Notes: generated by a model not told the origin, from the letters alone. 32,000 nt of DNA from Gemmata obscuriglobus (GCF_008065095.1 NZ_CP042911.1:210001-242000), one strand, 5' to 3'. Positions 21,796 to 30,205 are shown, counted from the first letter of the stretch. Program-made: numbers and translations.

Positions 21796-24726
21796 TCACC
21801 AGCGGGTGCCGGTCGGGCTCGCGGTGCCGGAACCGACCGGGACCGGTCCGATGTTGAGCGCGGGTCCGTAGATCGTCTTCCAGCCCAGCTCCACCACCGG
21901 CCACACGGTGACGTAGGCGTGCGTGGCGCCGGCGGGCGGCACCAGCGTGACGCCGCCGCCCTCGCGCTGGTGGTTCTCGGCCAGGCAGTTGAGGCGCGAG
22001 TACGGGTCCGCTTCCGCCGGGTCGGTGAGGAACCGCCGGGCGTCCACCGCGACGACGCAGTGCGCGATCAGCCCGTGCCCGCCCCACGACCAGCACGCCT
22101 TCACCAGCCCGCCGCGCTTGCCCGTGATCGTGTACGCGGGGTACGCCGGGACCAGGCGCGCGTCGCCCGCGAGCCGGGCGCGCACCTGCGCTTCGATGGC
22201 GGCCCTCGTCCCGGCGTCGAACGCGTCGTGGTGCTCGCGCAAGAGGGCCATGTCTTCGGGGGCGAGCGGGCTGCCGGTCGTGATCCGCTGCCGGATGGCG
22301 ACCACCCGCTCCGCGCGCGCCAGCAGGTCCCCCACCTCGGCCGCCCGCGCCACCAGCGGCGGGTAGTCCGTGAGGTCCGGCCCCGGCGCGCCGAGCCGCG
22401 CGAGCAGCGTAAACATGTCGCGCGCCTTGAGCGCCTCGGACACCTTGGCCCACTTCTCGAGCCGGTCGCGGGCCAGCGTGAGCCGCTCGCGCAGCTCCTC
22501 GCGGTCCACGCACCCGGTGAGCAGCTTCCCGTGTTCGCCCCACAGCGCCAGCCACTTCTGGTCCTGCCGGTCCTTGCGCCGCTCTTCGCGATCGATGCTC
22601 GCGAACCGGTCGAGCAGCTTGCGCCGCACCACCGCCTCCTCGGCCCGCCGGAACAGCCCGGGGTTCACCTTGTCGAGGCGGGCCGCGAACCGGAGGTTCC
22701 GCGCCTTGAGGCGGTCGTAGGCGGTCGCGATGGCCCGGTCCGACGGCTGCGGCCGGTCCGCCTCGCGGCGCAGCTCGGCCAGCAGTTGCACCGACTCGGA
22801 GCCCTCGAGCACCCGGACGGTGTGCGGGTGCGGGTAGTTCGGCGGCAGCTTGCCCGCCGCGGCGAGCACCGCCTCCTCCGGGCCGCCCTGTTCGGCGCTC
22901 CGGATCGCCCGGTCCAGCGCCTCGACGAGGGCGAGCCGGGCGCGGGCCTCGGTCACGCGTGCGGCGAACGGCGCCGCCTCGCCGCACCCGCCGAGCCCCG
23001 CCCCGTCCCCCCAGGCGGCGACCAGCTTGGCGTCGTTCTCGTGGGACGCGACGGCGGGGACGCGGCGCAGCTTCTCCAGCGCCGGCCACCAGCGGGCCGC
23101 GTTCTCGCCGCGGGCGCGGTGTATGGGGGTGAGAGACGGGTGCGGCGGGCCGGCCGTGAGCACCCCCTGCCACGCGTCGGCCAGCTCGCGCTCGACTTGC
23201 GGGTTCTTGGCGCACGCCGCCAGGAACGCGTCGGCGGCGCGGATGCGGATGCGCCAGCCGTTCGCGGCGGCCTCGTAGGCGCGGGCCTCCGCGGCGCCCG
23301 ACAGTTTTGGGGCCGAGTCGCTCCAGAGCTTCACGAGCGTGCGCCCGTCGCCCGGGTTCACGGTCGCGGCCTTCAGCGCGTCGAGCAGCGCGACCTGTCC
23401 GGCCGCGGCCCGCGCGGCGGTCAGGACTTGGGGCTCCAGCCAGTCGTCGAGCAGCGCGGGCTGGTACGCGGCGGCGGCCGCTCGCGGGTTCCGCTCGTCG
23501 AGCGCCCGCTTGAGCGCGTCGCGGGCGGCGACCCGCTGGCGCGCGGCGTCGCAGGTGACGCGCACGTCGGGCGGAAGGGCACGCCCGGCGGCCGGCAGCC
23601 GTTCGCACTCGGCCGCGATGCGGGGCCAGTCCTTGACTCGCGCGTCGCACAGCTCCTTCAGCGCGGCGACGGGATCGGCGCCGCCCCTGAGGTCCGCGGG
23701 CAGGTCCTTCCCGGCGCGCTGGAGCCGGACCGTCTCCGTCTCGATCTGCGCCCAGTCGCGCGCGGACACCGTGAGCAGCGCCCGGAGCCGGGCGAACGGG
23801 TCAAGGGTGAATGGCGGGATCTGGGCGAACGGCTTGTTGAGCGACGCGCGGAGGTTCCGCGCCCACTCCGCGACCTCGGGGTCCTTCGACCGCATCAGGT
23901 CCGGCCAGAGCTGCGACTTCGCGGGCCGCTCCATGTCCGCGGGGGTGAACAGCAGATTCTCGTTGTCCGTCTTGAGGACGTACTTCACGTACAGTTGCGG
24001 GTCCGCGGCGATCGCGCGGAGTGCGACCAGGACGACCCAGGCCGAGAAGTGGTCGAGGTCAGCGCCGAGCCGCTCCGCGGCCCGCGCCGGGTGCTGGTAC
24101 GCGGGCTTGCCGAACTCCAACTGGTCGAGCCGCTGCTTCGGGTCGGCGGGGGCCAGCGCCGGGACGCACATGCCGTCGTAGTCGACCAGCACCGGGGCGT
24201 CGTTGACCACCAGCACGTTGTCGTGCTGGAGGTCACCGTGCGCAATCTGCGTCGCCTGGAGCTGCTGCACCAGCCCGACCCAGCTCTCGGCCATCCGCTT
24301 CAGGGCTGCGACGTCGGGCACCTTCCGTTCCGTCGTTTGGCGCACCCACTCGCCGAGCGCGACCCCCTTCACCCAGGCCATCGTGAGGGTCGGGTACCAC
24401 GCCTTCCCGACGCGGATGCCCTCGGTGTGGTACTGGAACTTGACCACGCACGGCGGCTTCTTCGGCCCGAGCGTCCGCTCGAGGTAGTCGGACACCGCCT
24501 TATACCGCCGGGCCCGGTCCTCGTTGGGGAAGTTGAACAGTTTGAGCGCGACGACCCCTTTAGGGCCGGTCATCTTGTACACGCTGGCGAACGCGCCGCT
24601 GCGGGCGCGGGGCACGCCCATCGGGCTGCGCTCCGCCTGGCTCTGCCGCAAATCCGGGTCGCGGAACGCGGTGTCCGGGTTCTGGAGCGAGTCCTTGTAG
24701 TCGGACTGTGTGGGCCAGCTCGCCAT
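21796..24726 (-). CDS. Protein-kinase-fold protein (976 aa) with a long degenerate helical-repeat region and a distinct C-terminal module; cluster gene B
   Basis: ATG at 24726 (the track's start at 24798 is GTG). 'SGAFASVYK' (glycine-loop equivalent), 'VALK' (Lys62), catalytic loop 'IAHGDLQHDNVLV' (Asp165, Asn170) and 'VDYDG' (DFG equivalent). About 8-9 degenerate ~50-60-aa units follow (e.g. 'ALKRALDERNPRAAAAAYQPALLDDW', 'LLDALKAATVNPGDGRTLVKLW', 'LVEALDRAIRSAEQGGPEEAVLAAA'). The last ~110 aa read 'ACWSWGGHGLIAHCVVAV...YVTVWPVVELGW'. Confidence 0.85.
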   Translation of the reverse strand: MASWPTQSDYKDSLQNPDTAFRDPDLRQSQAERSPMGVPRARSGAFASVYKMTGPKGVVALKLFNFPNEDRARRYKAVSDYLERTLGPKKPPCVVKFQYHTEGIRVGKAWYPTLTMAWVKGVALGEWVRQTTERKVPDVAALKRMAESWVGLVQQLQATQIAHGDLQHDNVLVVNDAPVLVDYDGMCVPALAPADPKQRLDQLEFGKPAYQHPARAAERLGADLDHFSAWVVLVALRAIAADPQLYVKYVLKTDNENLLFTPADMERPAKSQLWPDLMRSKDPEVAEWARNLRASLNKPFAQIPPFTLDPFARLRALLTVSARDWAQIETETVRLQRAGKDLPADLRGGADPVAALKELCDARVKDWPRIAAECERLPAAGRALPPDVRVTCDAARQRVAARDALKRALDERNPRAAAAAYQPALLDDWLEPQVLTAARAAAGQVALLDALKAATVNPGDGRTLVKLWSDSAPKLSGAAEARAYEAAANGWRIRIRAADAFLAACAKNPQVERELADAWQGVLTAGPPHPSLTPIHRARGENAARWWPALEKLRRVPAVASHENDAKLVAAWGDGAGLGGCGEAAPFAARVTEARARLALVEALDRAIRSAEQGGPEEAVLAAAGKLPPNYPHPHTVRVLEGSESVQLLAELRREADRPQPSDRAIATAYDRLKARNLRFAARLDKVNPGLFRRAEEAVVRRKLLDRFASIDREERRKDRQDQKWLALWGEHGKLLTGCVDREELRERLTLARDRLEKWAKVSEALKARDMFTLLARLGAPGPDLTDYPPLVARAAEVGDLLARAERVVAIRQRITTGSPLAPEDMALLREHHDAFDAGTRAAIEAQVRARLAGDARLVPAYPAYTITGKRGGLVKACWSWGGHGLIAHCVVAVDARRFLTDPAEADPYSRLNCLAENHQREGGGVTLVPPAGATHAYVTVWPVVELGWKTIYGPALNIGPVPVGSGTASPTGTRW

Positions 24727-24833
24727 TGTCCTGCTACGTTCCTTTGGCCTGGCGAGCGGGGGCTCACGCCCCAACGTCACGCGAATGCAACCAGCCACCG
24801 GGCGTTCAGTCGTTTCAAGTTCGTTATGCGTGC

Positions 24834-24899
24834 CACCCGCCCGCTGACGCAGGCGGTTCGACCGCAGTTCGTCGAACCGCCTGCGTCAGCGGGCGGGTG
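24834..24899 (-). other. Perfect 29-bp-stem hairpin in the A-B intergenic region (terminator or attenuator candidate)
   Basis: 24834-24862 'cacccgcccgctgacgcaggcggttcgac' is the exact reverse complement of 24871-24899. The loop is 8 nt. No U-tract follows on the minus strand. Confidence 0.8.
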
Positions 24900-24985
24900 T
24901 AACCTCGGCGCGTCTCGATCCCGCGACCGATCTCATCAGCACCTTACCTCCTTGAAACCACTGGCATTCGTTCGACCTGTAGGGC

Positions 24986-27196
24986 TCACTCTCTCCGCTC
25001 ACCGGCGAAAACCTCGTACCCGTGCATGTGGAGCAGCCACAAGAAAGGCTCCGCTACCCCAAACGGCGCGATCGTGCGTTTCGACAGGTCCTCAACCCCC
25101 AGTTCGTTCTCGAACAGGCTCACCGACGACACTGGGAAGAACAGCACCTGCCTCCCGAAGTAGCTCTCCACGACGGCCCGCACGTCCACGCCGCGGAATA
25201 TCAACTCTAACATGTCCTCGACCAGATCGCTGCGCTCCCGCACAAGGTCCAGGGTGGTGCGCTTCGGCTGCGCCGGCGTCAGGTCGCCCAACAACTTGCG
25301 GACGAACTGCACCGACTGGCCCGCGATCGGGTTGCGGGTCACCAGCAGGTCGAACTTCGGGATCACCACCGCCACCGGGACCGGGATCACGTCCCCGGGC
25401 GCCACCCGGCGCGCCTCCCGCATGTCGGCCATAAACTCGTTCAGTGCCGCCAGTTGCCGGTCGAGCGTCACCCCGCCCTTGCGCCCGTCGAGCTGGGTCG
25501 GGTCGAGGAACAGCATGAACCCGTCCATTTTAACCGCCTGCTTCTTCAGGCGGTCCACGTCGATCTTCTGGTTCACCAGCTCGCCCGAGTAGTCGAACAG
25601 GTTCACTAGCGCGGTGTTGGCGCCCGCCGGATCGATATCCCGGACGTGCATCATAACCGGGTCCGGCGGGGTGTTCACGTCGTGCAGGGTGTTGCCCGCG
25701 TCGCGCTTCAGGTTCAGGATGAGGTCGATGTAGAGGTCGAACCGCTCGTCCCCGAGCGAGGGGGCCGCAATGATGGTCGCGGCCGTCGGGGCCACCTGCT
25801 TACGGACCTTGTCGTAGGCGGTCGCGAGCAGGTGCGTTTTGCCGCTGTTCCGCACGCCCACCACCGGGAAGCAGAGCCGGCGGACGCGCTGGTAGCTGCG
25901 CAAGAACCTGAATCCGCAAGTCTTGCACTCGACGTATCCCGATTCGGTGGGCTCCGCCGTGGCCGGCCCGGGTTTGCGTTTCGGCTGCGGCGGCTTTCGG
26001 TTCGCGGCCCGGTAGCGCGGGCGTGTCGCGGCCTCGTCTTCTGCGGCGAACCCCTCGGGTGCGGAAATCGTGCCCGTTTTCTCGACCACGAGCTTTTCGC
26101 TGAAGCACCGGGGGCACTTCTTCGCGTCCGCTTTGATCCGGGCGGCCTCTGTGCGCACTGCGTGCCGATAGGGCAGAACCGCCAGCCCGAACAGCAGCGC
26201 GGCCGCGCCGCACCGAACCGCCGCGAACCCGATCGCCCGCCACCGGGCGCCGCCCCGGAGTTCATCGAGTTTGGCTCGGTCGATCGCGAGCTGGGCCTGA
26301 TCGGTTTCCGCTTCCTGCGTGAACCGGACGGCAAGCCGCGCGTCGCGCGCCGCGGATCGGAGCCGCTCCCAAACGAGGGATTCGCCCTCACGCACCACCT
26401 TTTCGGCGGATGTCCCGGGTGCGGCGACCAATTTCGCCCACGAGTCGGCCGCGGCCGCCCACTTTTTGTCCGCCTCGGCTTCCGCCGCCTCGGCCCGTGC
26501 GGTCGCTTCCTTCGTGCTGGCGGTCAGTTCGCCTTCTTCACGCACGGCCCAGACGGCGAAGCCCGGGTCGAAGGAGGGCGAGCACCCTGAGACAGCGGGG
26601 AGCACCAGCACCAGTGCCACGCCCGCGGCACGCCGCAAGCGGCGAAGCGACACCCGCTGCGCCCGCGCGCCCAACCCGCGCGCCACCGCGAACACGACCG
26701 CCGCGCACACCAGCAGCCCGACATCGGCGGGGGTGAGCTGAAATGAGCGGTGCGTACCGGCCTCGAGGTCGAACCCGTAGGCCGTCTGCTGCTGGTCCGC
26801 GTACCGGTGGAACGCGACCTTTTGCTTGTACACCTCTTCCCACTCGCGCCGCGCGGCGTCCGCCCGCGCCCGCGCCGACTCCGACATCCTCAGCGCGGCG
26901 TCGCGGAGTGCGTCGTAGTCTCTGCCGAGTATGGGGACCAGTTCGTTGACCAGCACCGACGGGTCTTGCGTCTGCCCGACCGATCGGTCGACCGGGCGCG
27001 GGGGCGAAATGAGGTCGGCCTCCCACCCGGCGGCCTCCCGCCGGGCGTGCTGCCGGTGCCAGTCGTACCGCAACCCGGCCAACCGCTCCGCTTCGGGGAG
27101 CGGTTCGGCACGGGCCGGCCCGCCGATCGCCAACACAGCCAGCACGGCACCGAGCATCAGGGCGCGGCGGCGGGGCCGGCAGTAAGATTCGGCCAT
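24986..27196 (-). CDS. Multi-pass membrane protein with a zinc ribbon and a C-terminal P-loop GTPase-like domain (736 aa); cluster gene A
   Basis: ATG at 27196 (the track's start at 27232 is ATT). Signal peptide 'LMLGAVLAVLAIGGPARA'. Three TM helices: 'VGLLVCAAVVFAVARGL', 'AGVALVLVLPAVSG' and 'AIGFAAVRCGAAALLFGLAVL'. Zn ribbon 'CPRC'...'CKTC' (residues 361-427). Walker A 'GVRNSGKT' (nt 25835-25858). G3/Walker B 'LVNLFDYSGE'. NKxD-like 'VVIPKFDLL'. Confidence 0.85.
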   Translation of the reverse strand: MAESYCRPRRRALMLGAVLAVLAIGGPARAEPLPEAERLAGLRYDWHRQHARREAAGWEADLISPPRPVDRSVGQTQDPSVLVNELVPILGRDYDALRDAALRMSESARARADAARREWEEVYKQKVAFHRYADQQQTAYGFDLEAGTHRSFQLTPADVGLLVCAAVVFAVARGLGARAQRVSLRRLRRAAGVALVLVLPAVSGCSPSFDPGFAVWAVREEGELTASTKEATARAEAAEAEADKKWAAAADSWAKLVAAPGTSAEKVVREGESLVWERLRSAARDARLAVRFTQEAETDQAQLAIDRAKLDELRGGARWRAIGFAAVRCGAAALLFGLAVLPYRHAVRTEAARIKADAKKCPRCFSEKLVVEKTGTISAPEGFAAEDEAATRPRYRAANRKPPQPKRKPGPATAEPTESGYVECKTCGFRFLRSYQRVRRLCFPVVGVRNSGKTHLLATAYDKVRKQVAPTAATIIAAPSLGDERFDLYIDLILNLKRDAGNTLHDVNTPPDPVMMHVRDIDPAGANTALVNLFDYSGELVNQKIDVDRLKKQAVKMDGFMLFLDPTQLDGRKGGVTLDRQLAALNEFMADMREARRVAPGDVIPVPVAVVIPKFDLLVTRNPIAGQSVQFVRKLLGDLTPAQPKRTTLDLVRERSDLVEDMLELIFRGVDVRAVVESYFGRQVLFFPVSSVSLFENELGVEDLSKRTIAPFGVAEPFLWLLHMHGYEVFAGERRE

Positions 27197-27337
27197 GGTG
27201 GTCCGGATGGCGGTTGAGGCAACGGCGCCCAATTTAACCTAAGGACCGGTCACAGCGGCCGCAAGCCATTTCGCCCCTGCCATCCCGGTCCGTCGCCGGC
27301 GCTATCCGGGCGCGGCGTTAAGCCGTATCTTCTCCGC

Positions 27338-28672
27338 ATGAACGACACTCCCCCCGCGGCCCCCGCCCCCGGCGCCCCGGCCCGCCCTGTCCCCAACCGG
27401 GGCGCGCTCGGCATCGTCTGGCTGGTCGTGTTCATTGACTTGCTCGGGTTCGGCATCGTCCTGCCCGTTATGCCGCGCCAAGTGGAGCCGTACCTGGCTC
27501 ACCTCGAACTGGCCGCGGCCGCCCGCGGTGCGGTGATCGGGGTGCTGTTCGCTGTCTTCTCACTGATGCAGTTCGTGTTCAGCCCGGTGTGGGGGCGCGT
27601 CTCGGACCGGATCGGCCGGCGCCCGGTGCTGCTCCTCAGCCTCCTCGGATCGGTAGTTTTTTACGCCCTGTACGGGTTCGCGGTGACGCTCGACTCGGCC
27701 CGCGCGGAACTGGCGCTCGGGCTCATGCTGCTGTCGCGGGTCGGGGCCGGGATCGCCGGCGCGAGCGTCGGCACCGCCGCGGCTGTGATCGCGGACTGCA
27801 CGCCGCCCGAGAAGCGCGCGAAGGGGATGGCGCTGATCGGGATCGCGTTTGGAGCGGGGTTCACGTTCGGACCGCTGGTCGGCTTTTTCGGGCTGGAGCT
27901 GTTCGACGAGCAGCCGTGGGGCGTCGGGGTGCTCGCGTCCGGGCTGTCACTCGTCGCGCTTCTGGTCGCGGTACTCGCGTTCAAGGAGACGCGGAACCCG
28001 GAGCATAAAGCCGGCAAAGACTTTTTCAGCGTGGCGCGGTCCGTTGAGGTGCTGAAGATGCCGACCGTGGGCGCGCTGGTGCTGATCTACTTCATGGCCA
28101 TATTTGCGTTCGCGAATTTCGAAGCCACGCTCGCGCTGCTGACCCGCGACGCCCTCGGGATGACCAACATCCGCGAGAACCTTTTGGTGTTTGCGGCGGT
28201 GGGCGCGGTGCTCACGTTCGCGGGCGGCGCGTACCGCCCTATGGTGAAAAAGCGGTCCGAGGAGGCGCTGCTCCGGTTCGGACTGGTGCTGATGGTCGCG
28301 GGGTTGGGCGCGGTCGGGCTGGTCGCGTTCGCGGCATACCAGTGGAAGGCCGACGGCACCGTCTCGGCCGCCCAGCTAACGGTCGGGTTCTATCTGTCGA
28401 TCTCGCTCGCCGTGATCGGGTTCGCGTTCGTGAACCCGTCGGTTTCGGCGCTGGTGTCGAAGCGATCCGATCCGACGCGGCAGGGCGAGGTGCTGGGGGT
28501 GAACCAAGCGTTCGCGTCCCTGGGGCGCATCTTGGGGCCGTTCTTCGGGTCGATTCTGTTCCAGACGGAGCCGTCGCGCACGCTGCCCTATGCGGTCGCG
28601 GTGGTCACGCTGGTGCTCGTCGGAGTGCTGTTGCTGCCGAAGGCGAAACAGCACCCGGCGGGCGCGACGTGA
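27338..28672 (+). CDS. MFS transporter (12-TM drug/H+ antiporter-like)
   Basis: 'LGIVWLVVFIDLLGFGIVLPVMP' and MFS motif A 'GRVSDRIGRRPVLL'. There are about 12 hydrophobic segments. Confidence 0.9.
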   Translation: MNDTPPAAPAPGAPARPVPNRGALGIVWLVVFIDLLGFGIVLPVMPRQVEPYLAHLELAAAARGAVIGVLFAVFSLMQFVFSPVWGRVSDRIGRRPVLLLSLLGSVVFYALYGFAVTLDSARAELALGLMLLSRVGAGIAGASVGTAAAVIADCTPPEKRAKGMALIGIAFGAGFTFGPLVGFFGLELFDEQPWGVGVLASGLSLVALLVAVLAFKETRNPEHKAGKDFFSVARSVEVLKMPTVGALVLIYFMAIFAFANFEATLALLTRDALGMTNIRENLLVFAAVGAVLTFAGGAYRPMVKKRSEEALLRFGLVLMVAGLGAVGLVAFAAYQWKADGTVSAAQLTVGFYLSISLAVIGFAFVNPSVSALVSKRSDPTRQGEVLGVNQAFASLGRILGPFFGSILFQTEPSRTLPYAVAVVTLVLVGVLLLPKAKQHPAGAT

Positions 28673-28691
28673 ACCGCTGGCCGACGGACAA

Positions 28692-29180
28692 TTACTTGTT
28701 GGCCTTCTGGTTGATCCCGCGCTCCGCGAGCGCGGTCAACTTTTGGTCGATGCGCTTTTCCTCTTCGAGCGTCTCGTGCAGCAGCGCAGCGGCGTCAGTA
28801 TGGCCGAGTTGTTTAGCGAACGTGCACAGCGTCCCGTACAGCGCGATCTCGTAATGCTCGACCTTCTGCGCCGCGGCGATCAGGCCCGCGTCTTGGGTCT
28901 GGGCCTCGAGACCCAGGCCCATAATCTCCTCGCCTTCTTCGATCAGTCCCTCGGTCGCCTCGCACGTGTTCGAGCCGGTCTTGCACCCCACCATCGCGCA
29001 CACGCGCTCGAGCCGGGCGAGTTGCTGCTTGGTCTCCGTCAGGTGGTGCTCGAACCCGGCTTTGAGTTCGGGCGAGGTCGCAGCTTTTGCCATCTTCGGT
29101 AGTGCCGCCGTGATTTGCGTTTCGGCGCTGTAAGCGTCTTGGAGCTGATCGTGAAACAAGTCGGTAAGTGTCTTCGCCAT
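28692..29180 (-). CDS. Ferritin-like DUF892 protein (YciE/YciF family stress protein)
   Basis: 'LFHDQLQDAYSAETQITAALPKMAKAA', 'FEHHLTETKQQLARLE' and 'QKVEHYEIALYGTL' are typical of YciE/YciF. Confidence 0.85.
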   Translation of the reverse strand: MAKTLTDLFHDQLQDAYSAETQITAALPKMAKAATSPELKAGFEHHLTETKQQLARLERVCAMVGCKTGSNTCEATEGLIEEGEEIMGLGLEAQTQDAGLIAAAQKVEHYEIALYGTLCTFAKQLGHTDAAALLHETLEEEKRIDQKLTALAERGINQKANK

Positions 29181-29419
29181 GTAGTGACTCCGGTTGAATA
29201 GCGCCGCCCTGCGCGGGCGATCGGTTTTGCTTTACGCGTCACTGCCGTGGCAATTTCCTCGCCGTGGACCCGCCGCTTCTTCTCTACCGTGCCTGATTGT
29301 CGGCCATTCCCGACACTTGGTGCCATGGCCTGTTACTCGGCGAGCACCGGCGTGCGCGGATACGGGAACACATCACCCCGGCACGCGGGTTGCCCGGCGC
29401 TCGGCAGGAGGAGGTCGCA

Positions 29420-30136
29420 ATGCCCGCTTTTAACTCCCCGGACTGGGCACAAGTGCTGATCCCTGATGCCGCACTCGCGGAGTCGTTCCTCCGCGGCTCG
29501 GTGATTTACCTCTCGCTGATCGTACTGTTTCGGGTCGCGCTCAAACGCCAGGGCGGATCGATTGGGCTCCCCGACGTGATGCTCGTGGTGCTAGTGTCCG
29601 AGTGCGTTTCTAACGTCCTGTCAGCCAACGCGAACTCGGTCCCGAACGGGTTAGTGACCGCAAGCGCGTTGCTGTTTTGGAACTACGTCCTTGACCGCTT
29701 GGCGGGACGATGGCCGCGCCTCCGACGGCTGCTCGAACCCGAACCGGTCCAGATCGTGAAGGACGGCAAGCCCGTTCGCGAAAACCTCGACGCGGAAGGG
29801 ATCACCGGTGACGAGCTGAGTGCCCAACTCCGTGAGAACGGCGTCGATGATGTGACGCAGGTGAAGTCTGCATTCGTCGAATCGGAAGGGTGCGTGAGTG
29901 TGATCAAGAAAGAGGAAAATTCACCGGCTCCCGCCCCGGAACCGTCCCCGCGCGGCTGCGGAACAGTCGACGGAGCACCGAACGAAGAGCAGCTCATCCG
30001 ACAGTTTCTCGCAGCCGCAGAGGAACTACGCGGGGTGTTAGAGTGGCACGAGTTGCGGGCCGCAAAGCACCAGACGGCCGCCCGGTCCGTGCGCGCGCTC
30101 CTTGCAGAGCGGGGCGTGCGCATGCCGCGCAAATAA
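29420..30136 (+). CDS. DUF421 (YetF-like) membrane protein
   Basis: ATG at 29420 with SD 'ggaggagg'. 'RGSVIYLSLIVLFRVALKRQGGSIGLPDVMLVVLVSE' and 'PVQIVKDGKPVRENLDAEGITGDELSAQLRENGVDDVTQVKSAFVESEGCVSV'. Confidence 0.85.
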   Translation: MPAFNSPDWAQVLIPDAALAESFLRGSVIYLSLIVLFRVALKRQGGSIGLPDVMLVVLVSECVSNVLSANANSVPNGLVTASALLFWNYVLDRLAGRWPRLRRLLEPEPVQIVKDGKPVRENLDAEGITGDELSAQLRENGVDDVTQVKSAFVESEGCVSVIKKEENSPAPAPEPSPRGCGTVDGAPNEEQLIRQFLAAAEELRGVLEWHELRAAKHQTAARSVRALLAERGVRMPRK

Positions 30137-30205
30137 GGGTTGGCACCACACGGAACGGCTTCTGTCTTCCAGGCATCAACCGGCGGAAAGCGAACGCTCA
30201 GCGGC

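Noticed and set aside
21478-25434. 1318-aa ORF on the plus strand, with similar long ORFs at 18590-20500 (+), 1633-4167 (-), 6934-7875 (+), 8202-9236 (+) and 14764-15663 (+)
   Set aside because: These are shadow frames typical of GC-rich DNA. Their products are Arg/Pro/Gly/Ala-rich low-complexity strings with no motifs. The opposite strand encodes proteins with clear catalytic motifs (kinase loop, P-loop, FtsX, MlaD, SDR).
27197-27232. Longer N-terminus for the GTPase gene (track start at 27232). The same issue applies to 24798 (kinase gene), 18912 (EEP), 14169 (ndk), 12338 (ligA), 12807 (PIN), 9720 (small ORF), 16065, 29297, 30952 and 31103.
   Set aside because: The codon at 27232 is ATT and the one at 12338 is TTG. 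The extensions are Arg-rich, overlap upstream genes or promoters, or lack an SD. Internal ATG/GTG codons with an SD or with canonical family N-termini fit better.
29247-29263. Overlapping GG-N10-GC elements on both strands (TGGCAA-N5-TCGC on plus, CGGCGA-N5-TTGC on minus) between the DUF892 and DUF421 genes
   Set aside because: Each has 2-3 core mismatches, and the orientation is ambiguous. In GC-rich DNA this is close to chance expectation. It is mentioned only as a weak candidate in one finding.
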